Virus record (IMG/VR): IMGVR_UViG_2648501392_000003
Source of the DNA: a virus
Lineage: Duplodnaviria > Heunggongvirae > Uroviricota > Caudoviricetes
DNA: 5,906 bases
Strand: one strand, 5' to 3'
This document shows positions 1 to 5,135 of this stretch, in pieces. Positions within the stretch are counted from its first letter, which is position 1; every line of letters starts with the position of its first letter. The notes under the pieces were generated by a model. That model was not told where the DNA came from, did not search any database, and saw only the letters and a program-made list of their open reading frames with translations. Both the position numbers and the translations under genes were made by a program.

Positions 1-42
1 CCGTTGACGGACTTCAGGGGAAAAACGAGTATTTTTAGTCAT
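1..42 (-). CDS. IS3-family transposase OrfA, 5' fragment (first 14 codons; remainder lies beyond the window)
   Basis: ATG at 42..40 preceded by GAGAAAGAGGTAAACAGG; translation MTKNTRFSPEVRQR continues open to position 1. Too short for the ORF track. Confidence 0.6.
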   Translation of the reverse strand, partial: MTKNTRFSPEVRQR

Positions 43-96
43 CCTGTTTACCTCTTTCTCAGGAAGTTTAGTCTCCAGGATTCCCGGGGCGGTTCA
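1..96 (-). mobile_element. Terminal portion of an IS3-family insertion sequence (IS629/IS1203-like), truncated by the window start
   Basis: On the minus strand the sequence begins TGAACCGCCCCGGGAATCCTGGAGACTAAACTTCCT at 96..61 (TGAACC end, typical of IS3-family inverted repeats), followed by an SD (AAGAGGT) and ATG at 42..40. The terminus and the OrfA N-terminus match my recollection of IS629; not database-verified. Confidence 0.65.
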
Positions 97-166
97 TAAC
101 GCCTCTGCCACGCGCGTAACGTGACAGGGATTAAGGGTAAACTAACTGATTTTACAAGTTTTTATT
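97..166. other. Short non-coding spacer between integrase stop and IS terminus; possible remnant of the phage attachment-site arm
   Basis: No ORF and no tRNA-like sequence. Position immediately 3' of int is where the att arm and core lie in lambda-type phages. Assignment is positional inference only. Confidence 0.25.
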
Positions 167-1453
167 TTACCCCACTTTCTTATGGGGCATACATGGGACA
201 CTTTCAGATAGTCTTTTGTTAAGGAGTTCTATCTGTTCGTGATTGTTGTCTTTCATCCATGCTCCGTAAACATTGAATACCATTTGTGCGTTTGTGTGGC
301 CCATCTGGCTTGCGATAAAACTAGGATTAGCTCCAGCGGCAAGTGACCAGCATGCATAAGTATGCCTGGATTGGTACGATTTTCTGTGTCTCAGACCTGC
401 GCGTTTTAAGATACTTGTCCATGACTCCCTGATGGAGTCAACTTTGTAGTGAGGTCCAGACAACAGCTGCTGTTTTATTACCTGAGGGCTAAAAACAAAA
501 GTACATTTATGCACAGCAGTTCTCCCATATTCCCTCTGCTTTACCTCTACAGAATGTTGCTTTCCAAGCATGGTCATTTCCGCTTGGCTTTTAAGAGCAT
601 CAATAGCTGGTTGAACCAGATGAATTGTCCTTCCGGTGCCAGCATCGGTTTTTGGTGGAGTGAATTCGCCAAGTTTTGTATAATTTCTACGGATGGTTAT
701 AGTCCTTGCTTTAAGGTCTATATCTTCCCATGCCAGCGATACCAACTCCCCGTGACGAATACCCGTGTATACAGCGAGAATCCACAGGTTTTTTGTTTGT
801 TGATGACGGCAAGCCTCAATAAAACGAATAAATTCGTCACGGGTGAGAGGATCTGGTTTTACCTTGGACTTTTTTAAGGGAGCCAGACCGTTAAATGGGT
901 TTCCTGAGGTATAACCATTATCTGTTGCAAATTGAAACATTCCAGCTATGGTTGTCATATAGTAGTTTACCGTGACCACTGAGCGCCCTTTTATGGAAGA
1001 AGTCTTTCCATTAGAAAGCTTTTGGTAACCGGTCAACAAATCTCTCCTTACGAAAAGTAAATCCTCTTTTGTTATGGATGAAACCAGTTTTTTTTCACCT
1101 AACATTGGTAACATGTTTTTAATTACTGACTGGTAACGGTTAAGTGCATTCGCACAAATCTCAATTTTCTTAAGGTCCAACCATTTTTCCGAAAGTGCCT
1201 TAACGGTTATCTCTCTTTTTCCCAGACCAAAGTGTTTCAGGTTAGGGGAATTAGGGAACTGCGCGGCGTAGTCGAAACTCCCCATTCTGATTGCAAAACA
1301 AACGGAAGTGCGAAGTTCACCAGCGATCTTCCGGTTTTTGGCTGTGTCAGGAACACCGAGGTTTTCTCTGACACGTTTGCCATTATAGTGAAACCATATA
1401 CGGAGTGATCCTCCATGGTTTTCAACGCCTGTCGGGTATGATGCGTTACTCAT
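167..1453 (-). CDS. int: Phage tyrosine integrase (site-specific recombinase) with N-terminal arm-type DNA-binding domain
   Basis: 428-aa ORF; ATG at 1453 with SD GGGAGG 4 nt upstream. C-terminal catalytic motifs are visible: TGIRHGEL (box I Arg), SRHTYACW (His-x-x-Arg region) and MGHTNAQMVFNVYGAW (His and the catalytic Tyr). N-terminus GSLRIWFHYNGKRVRENLG resembles integrase arm-binding domains. Not lambda Int (different length and sequence). Confidence 0.95.
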   Translation of the reverse strand: MSNASYPTGVENHGGSLRIWFHYNGKRVRENLGVPDTAKNRKIAGELRTSVCFAIRMGSFDYAAQFPNSPNLKHFGLGKREITVKALSEKWLDLKKIEICANALNRYQSVIKNMLPMLGEKKLVSSITKEDLLFVRRDLLTGYQKLSNGKTSSIKGRSVVTVNYYMTTIAGMFQFATDNGYTSGNPFNGLAPLKKSKVKPDPLTRDEFIRFIEACRHQQTKNLWILAVYTGIRHGELVSLAWEDIDLKARTITIRRNYTKLGEFTPPKTDAGTGRTIHLVQPAIDALKSQAEMTMLGKQHSVEVKQREYGRTAVHKCTFVFSPQVIKQQLLSGPHYKVDSIRESWTSILKRAGLRHRKSYQSRHTYACWSLAAGANPSFIASQMGHTNAQMVFNVYGAWMKDNNHEQIELLNKRLSESVPCMPHKKVG

Positions 1454-1486
1454 TAAACCTCCCAGACGTCCAGGAGCATTAACAGG

Positions 1487-1741
1487 TTAACCGGAACTTG
1501 CATTTTTGGCACCTGGTTGTTTCTGGTTTTCGATCCATCGCATAATTTCTTCGATGTTGTACAGGCATTCACTGTAATGCCCAGGATCACCTTCTACAGC
1601 GTAATGGCGGTATTCTCTTCCCTGCATCCATGACTTTCTTCTGGCCCGCTCGATGGTGCCGGGCTTTAGCCCTGTTGATGCAATAAGGACTCTCTCCGTA
1701 CACCATTTGCTGGGGGTTATCTGATAGATGATTGTCTGCAT
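1487..1741 (-). CDS. xis: Excisionase-like / recombination directionality factor (small winged-helix DNA-binding protein)
   Basis: 84-aa ORF immediately upstream of int on the same strand, with a 33-nt gap. Motifs W..E......GL.P.T..R and GREY resemble lambda Xis-type excisionases. Assignment by position plus motif, not by search. Confidence 0.6.
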   Translation of the reverse strand: MQTIIYQITPSKWCTERVLIASTGLKPGTIERARRKSWMQGREYRHYAVEGDPGHYSECLYNIEEIMRWIENQKQPGAKNASSG

Positions 1742-1759
1742 GCCAACCTCATAAAACTT

Positions 1760-1894
1760 TCATCCACGGCAGTGGAACCACACGTCAAACATTCGTTTCA
1801 CAACTTCACGGCAGTAGAAGCCGTCGACATCACGGGTCAGGTCGTAGCGATTGCCGAATGTCTTGCGAACCCAGAACTCAAAAGCCGTATGCAT
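1760..1894 (-). CDS. Hypothetical small protein, 44 aa (MHTAFEFWVRKTFGNRYDLTRDVDGFYCREVVKRMFDVWFHCRG)
   Basis: Absent from the ORF track (too short). ATG at 1894..1892 preceded by a strong SD (GGAGGTGA, 5-nt spacer), 1 codon after the stop of the 80-aa gene. Stop TGA at 1762..1760, 18 nt before the xis start. Confidence 0.5.
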   Translation of the reverse strand: MHTAFEFWVRKTFGNRYDLTRDVDGFYCREVVKRMFDVWFHCRG

Positions 1895-1897
1895 GTA

Positions 1898-2140
1898 TCA
1901 CCTCCGTTGTATTGCGCGTAATTTTTTCAGGCGCATTTCCTGCTCAGTGCCCGCCAGAATTTTGCGGTACTCCTGTTGGTCAATATGTTCGAACAGGTTG
2001 TTGAACTCACCAATGCGTACCCGTCCGGAGCGCCCGTCCATGCGTCGAAAGAACACTGAGTGCTGAGTACTGCGAGTAATCACCACAGGGTATCCGGCTC
2101 TGTCCGTGTATATCTGACCACGTTGAATCAGAGCGAACAT
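1898..2140 (-). CDS. Hypothetical basic protein, 80 aa, arginine-rich C-terminus
   Basis: Track ORF; ATG at 2140 lies 4 nt after the TAA of the 27-aa peptide gene (TAAAGGAATG), so reinitiation/coupling is plausible, though the SD spacing is poor. No family recognised. Confidence 0.5.
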   Translation of the reverse strand: MFALIQRGQIYTDRAGYPVVITRSTQHSVFFRRMDGRSGRVRIGEFNNLFEHIDQQEYRKILAGTEQEMRLKKLRAIQRR

Positions 2141-2144
2141 TCCT

Positions 2145-2228
2145 TTATCCCCAGCGGAAAAGCGAATACAGAATAAATGCCACCGCTATTGCAACTCCTA
2201 CAGCGGTGAATGCTTCAGGCCAATTCAT
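2145..2228 (-). CDS. Hypothetical 27-aa hydrophobic single-pass membrane peptide (MNWPEAFTAVGVAIAVAFILYSLFRWG)
   Basis: Absent from the ORF track. ATG at 2228..2226 overlaps the TGA of the upstream DUF551 gene (TGATG) and is preceded by GGAGGT with a 6-nt spacer. An 18-residue apolar core is flanked by Trp/Arg. Confidence 0.5.
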   Translation of the reverse strand: MNWPEAFTAVGVAIAVAFILYSLFRWG

Positions 2229-2731
2229 CACTTCACCTCCTGCGGCGGTTCCGGTAGCGGCATCCAGTGGGTTACCTCTTTGAGATACAGGTCTTCGCCA
2301 TCACCGTCATCCCAAGTGGGATTGCCATCATTAAACCAGTCGCCATATACGCCGACCTGAGTGTTGGGGATGTTTGGCGGGTAGTTGTTTTTAAAGTCAG
2401 CCGCTAACACATAGCATTGTCGCTCTCCCATTTCTGGCATTTGCTCACTACAGCTTATCCAACCATCCGGAGTTACCGGAACTGGCGGCGCGGCATATAG
2501 TGGTTTAGGTGATATCTCCGCACGTTTTGCGTATGCTTCAACTGTGTCAGGATTAAACAGGATTATGTTTTCGCCGCATTCCCACGCTATTGGTTTTGCT
2601 TCCAGCGATGCCAGAGCAATTCGTGCCAGTTCTTCCGCTTCTTCTGCTGGCAGTACAACGTTGCTACCAGGTCCGTATGTTTCGCGCCACTGCTTGATTG
2701 TCAGTAGTCGCTCTTTGGTAATAGTGGTCAT
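2228..2731 (-). CDS. DUF551-type phage protein (167 aa)
   Basis: C-terminal HWMPLPEPP motif is characteristic of DUF551 as I recall it. I place the start at the internal ATG 2731..2729 (SD AAGGAGAG, 4-nt spacer), 1 nt after the Ea22-like stop, rather than at the track's upstream ATG at 2893, which lies inside the Ea22-like gene. Confidence 0.75.
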   Translation of the reverse strand: MTTITKERLLTIKQWRETYGPGSNVVLPAEEAEELARIALASLEAKPIAWECGENIILFNPDTVEAYAKRAEISPKPLYAAPPVPVTPDGWISCSEQMPEMGERQCYVLAADFKNNYPPNIPNTQVGVYGDWFNDGNPTWDDGDGEDLYLKEVTHWMPLPEPPQEVK

Positions 2732-2732
2732 A

Positions 2733-3503
2733 TCACTCTCCTTTGATGCAAATGCCAGCGGCGTGCTCGGCTTCACTTTGTTCCCAAAACCACTTGTGAA
2801 GCGCCATAAGCTTTTCGTCAATCGGTGCATATTTGCGATTAAAGTAGGCCTGAGCATCTTTCTCAGATTCGTCCGGCAATTCGCCTGGGCCAAACAGTGT
2901 GTTATAAATCCATGCTAGTCCGCTCTTAGCGTCGCCAGTTGCCTGCCATTCGATAATGGCAGCCTGCATGACCAGAATGTTTTTCCCGATTAACAGGTCC
3001 AGTTCTTTGTACCGGTTGCGGATGTATGCATTCTCGCTTTGTAATTTTGCGTTGCGCTTTTCTGAGGCTTCAAGTAACGCCTGCTTATCGCGTAGCGCTT
3101 CTTCCAGTTCAGCAACATGGCATTCGCTATCAATAAGGTTGTTCTCTGCTGCTTCAAGCTCAACACGCAGCTTCCCTACTGTTAGCGCAATATCCTCGTT
3201 CTCCTGGTCACGGCGTTTGATGTATTGCTGGTTTCTTTCCTGTTCATCCAGCAGTGCCAGCACGGTAGCCGGGTTAGCCTCTGCTATGAATTCAGCGTTT
3301 GCATAAGCCTGAGCATCTGATTCAATCAGGCAGTTAACATGACATTCCGCAATCACGCCACCGGGTTCTCCTTTCCATTTTTGGCAAACAAAAACTCCTG
3401 TTAAATTGCCGTGCTGGTTAACAGATGTATGCCCTACGATGTAGCTTCCTTTAGTTGCTTTCTCTGCCTTTTCACGCAGTGCCTGATAATTAATTTCGCT
3501 CAC
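2733..3503 (-). CDS. Ead/Ea22-like protein with central coiled-coil (256 aa)
   Basis: GTG start at 3503..3501 overlaps the TGA of the upstream gene (GTGA), with SD AGAGGT and a 5-nt spacer. Central region has heptad-like E/K/L/A-rich sequence; the C-terminal LAWIYNTLFGPGELPDESEKDAQAYFNRKYAPIDEKLMALHKWFWEQ resembles lambda Ea22 as I recall it. Longer than lambda Ea22. Confidence 0.75.
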   Translation of the reverse strand: MSEINYQALREKAEKATKGSYIVGHTSVNQHGNLTGVFVCQKWKGEPGGVIAECHVNCLIESDAQAYANAEFIAEANPATVLALLDEQERNQQYIKRRDQENEDIALTVGKLRVELEAAENNLIDSECHVAELEEALRDKQALLEASEKRNAKLQSENAYIRNRYKELDLLIGKNILVMQAAIIEWQATGDAKSGLAWIYNTLFGPGELPDESEKDAQAYFNRKYAPIDEKLMALHKWFWEQSEAEHAAGICIKGE

Positions 3504-3721
3504 TTCGAACCTCTCTGTTTACTGATAAGCTCCAGATCCTCCTGGCAACTTGCACAAGTCCGACAACCCTGAACTGCCAGGCGTCTTCGTTCATCTATGG
3601 GATCGCCACACTCACAACAATGAGTGGCAGATATAGCCTGGTGGTTCAGGCGGTGCATTTTTATTGCTGTGTTGCGCTGTAATTCTTCAATTTCTGATGC
3701 TGAATCAATGATGTCTGCCAT
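3500..3721 (-). CDS. TraR/DksA-family C4 zinc-finger protein (73 aa), lambda Orf73-like
   Basis: Four-Cys zinc-ribbon arrangement (CCEC ... CRTCASC) ending ASCQEDLE, typical of TraR/DksA-family proteins. Size and position match lambda orf73 as I recall it. Confidence 0.8.
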   Translation of the reverse strand: MADIIDSASEIEELQRNTAIKMHRLNHQAISATHCCECGDPIDERRRLAVQGCRTCASCQEDLELISKQRGSK

Positions 3722-3770
3722 CTTCCATTAATCCCTGAATTGTTGGTTAATACGCTTGAGGGTGAATGCG

Positions 3771-3799
3771 AACAATAAAAAAGGAGCCTGTAGCTCCCT
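3771..3799 (-). terminator. Candidate Rho-independent terminator within the leftward operon
   Basis: Minus-strand read GGAGC-TACAG-GCTCC (stem at 3797..3793 / 3787..3783, 5 bp plus a possible 2-bp extension) followed directly by TTTTTTATTGTT (3782..3771). Sits in the only sizeable intergenic gap (3722..3819) of the operon. Stem is short, so strength is uncertain. Confidence 0.3.
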
Positions 3800-3819
3800 G
3801 ATGATTTTGCTTTTCATGT

Positions 3820-4035
3820 TCATCGCTCCTTAAAGACGCCGTTTAACATGCCGATCGCCAGACTTAAATGAGTCGGTGTGAATCCCATTAGCGTTACCGT
3901 TTCGCGGTGCTTCTTCAGTACGCTACGGCAAATGTCATCGACGTTTTTATCCGGAAACTGCTGTCTGGCTTTTTTGATTTCAGAATTAGCCTGACGGGCA
4001 ATGCTGCGAAGGGCGTTTTCCTGCTGAGGTGTCAT
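3820..4035 (-). CDS. Hypothetical small protein, 71 aa from ATG 4035 (alternative 93 aa from ATG 4101); possibly lambda orf61-like by position
   Basis: Track ORF 3820..4101. Neither start has a good SD: 4101 sits 10 nt after the orf63-like stop with none, and 4035 has only a weak GGGA at about -13. The extra 22 N-terminal residues (MHFSGSRLHILCAYACRHGTCS) are Cys/His-rich and atypical, so I favour 4035 weakly. Confidence 0.5.
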   Translation of the reverse strand: MTPQQENALRSIARQANSEIKKARQQFPDKNVDDICRSVLKKHRETVTLMGFTPTHLSLAIGMLNGVFKER

Positions 4036-4111
4036 TGAACAAGTCCCATGTCGGCAAGCATAAGCACACAGAATATGAAGCCTGCTGCCAGAAAAATGCA
4101 TTCTGTTGTTG

Positions 4112-4303
4112 TCATGCCGGGTCTCTCTCGTTTGCTTCTGCTTTCGCCGCCATCATTTCCAGCTTTTGTGAAAGGGATGTGGCTAACGTATGAAATTCTT
4201 CGTCTGTTTCTACTGGTATTGGCACAAACCTGACTCCAATTTGAGCGAGGCTATGTGCCATCCCGATACTCGTTCTTAATTCAACAGGAGATGCTTTGTG
4301 CAT
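4112..4303 (-). CDS. orf63: Uncharacterised small phage protein, 63 aa (lambda orf63-like)
   Basis: ATG at 4303 with SD GAGGGG and a 4-nt spacer. Same size and same position relative to exo as lambda orf63; sequence identity not verified. Confidence 0.7.
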   Translation of the reverse strand: MHKASPVELRTSIGMAHSLAQIGVRFVPIPVETDEEFHTLATSLSQKLEMMAAKAEANERDPA

Positions 4304-4458
4304 ACAGCCCCTCGTTTATTATTTATCTCTTCAGCCAGCCGCTGTGCTTTCAGTGGATTTCGGATAACAGAAAGGCCGGGAAATACCCAGCCTCGCTTTG
4401 TAACGGAGTAGACGAAAGTGATCGTGCCTACCCGGATATTATCGTGAGGATGCTTCAT
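4276..4458 (-). CDS. orf60a: Uncharacterised small phage protein, 60 aa (lambda orf60a-like)
   Basis: I place the start at ATG 4458..4456 (third codon of the track ORF), where GGAGCA sits 8 nt upstream and the ATG overlaps the exo stop (ATGA). This gives 60 aa immediately downstream of exo, as for lambda orf60a. Confidence 0.7.
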   Translation of the reverse strand: MKHPHDNIRVGTITFVYSVTKRGWVFPGLSVIRNPLKAQRLAEEINNKRGAVCTKHLLLN

Positions 4459-5135
4459 TGCCATTGCTCCCCAAATGCAAAACCAATTTCAGCCAGTGCC
4501 TCGTCCATTTTTTCGATGAACTCCGGCACCATCTCGTCAAAACTCGCCATGTACTTTTCATTCCGCTCAATCACGACATAATGCAGGCCTTCACGCTTCA
4601 TGCGCGGGTCATAGTTGGCAAAGTACCAGGCATCTTTTCGTGTCACCCACATGCTGTACTGCACCTGGGCCATGTAAGCCGATTTTATGGCCTCGAAACC
4701 ACCGAGCCGGAACTTCATGAAATCCCGGGAGGTAAACGGGCATTTCAGCTCAAGGCCATTGCCGTCACTGCATAAACCATCGGGAGAGCAGGCGGTGCGC
4801 ATACTTTCGTCGCGATAGATGATCGGGGATTCAGTAACATTCACGCCGGAAGTGAACTCAAAGAGGGTTCTGGCGTCGTTCTCGTACTGTTTTCCCCAGG
4901 CCAGAGCCTTAGCGTTAACTTCCGGAGCCACACCGGTGCAAACCTCAGCCAGCAGGGTGTGGAAGTAGGACATTTTCATGTCAGGCCACTTCTTTCCTGA
5001 TCGGGGTTTTGCTATTACGTTGTGAATTTCTGAAGCTGTGATGACGCCGAGCCGTAATTTGTGCCACGCATCATCTCCCTGTTCGACAGCTCTCACGTCG
5101 ATCCCAGTACGCTGCAGGATAATGTCCGGTGTCAT
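4455..5135 (-). CDS. exo: Lambda-type exonuclease (Red-alpha), 226 aa
   Basis: Translation [36 protein letters not shown]... matches lambda Exo nearly residue for residue from memory, with the same length. Its ATG overlaps the bet stop (ATGA), as in lambda. Confidence 0.97.
   Translation of the reverse strand: MTPDIILQRTGIDVRAVEQGDDAWHKLRLGVITASEIHNVIAKPRSGKKWPDMKMSYFHTLLAEVCTGVAPEVNAKALAWGKQYENDARTLFEFTSGVNVTESPIIYRDESMRTACSPDGLCSDGNGLELKCPFTSRDFMKFRLGGFEAIKSAYMAQVQYSMWVTRKDAWYFANYDPRMKREGLHYVVIERNEKYMASFDEMVPEFIEKMDEALAEIGFAFGEQWQ

Noticed and set aside
97-166. tRNA gene or recognisable att core adjacent to the integrase
   Set aside because: No cloverleaf-compatible sequence or conserved tRNA T-loop motif seen; I could not identify direct repeats convincingly, so only a low-confidence att-arm remnant is reported.
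449-877. Plus-strand 142-aa ORF inside the integrase gene
   Set aside because: Entirely antisense to the well-supported integrase CDS, with no SD and a low-complexity, atypical translation; treated as a chance open frame.
1237-1425. Minus-strand 62-aa ORF nested in the integrase gene in another frame
   Set aside because: Completely embedded in int, which has clear catalytic motifs; no independent RBS support.
1732-2066. Plus-strand ORFs 1732..2004 and 1851..2066 opposite the small-gene cassette
   Set aside because: Antisense to the SD-supported minus-strand genes; the first uses a TTG start with no SD; translations are Cys/Arg/Ser-rich and look non-protein-like.
2732-2893. Upstream extension of the DUF551 ORF (track start at 2893, 221 aa)
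   Set aside because: The extension lies inside the Ea22-like gene in another frame. The internal ATG at 2731 has a strong SD and sits 1 nt after the Ea22-like stop, so the 167-aa form is preferred.
2544-3306. Plus-strand ORFs 2544..2918 and 2956..3306
   Set aside because: Antisense to the DUF551 and Ea22-like genes; Ser/Ala-rich low-complexity translations are typical of the reverse strand of a coiled-coil gene.
3801-3833. Plus-strand 10-codon peptide (MILLFMFIAP) downstream of an AAGGAG motif
   Set aside because: The AAGGAG lies about 14 nt from the ATG, which is too far. The motif is better explained as one arm of the minus-strand terminator hairpin.
4459-4464. First ATG of the track's 62-aa ORF as the orf60a start
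   Set aside because: GGAGCA is only 2 nt upstream of that ATG; the second ATG (4458) has correct spacing and overlaps the exo stop, giving the expected 60-aa product.
4048-4775. Plus-strand ORFs 4048..4233, 4255..4581 and 4458..4775
   Set aside because: Antisense to the orf61/orf63/orf60a/exo gene train; no convincing RBS; exo on the opposite strand is recognised with high confidence.
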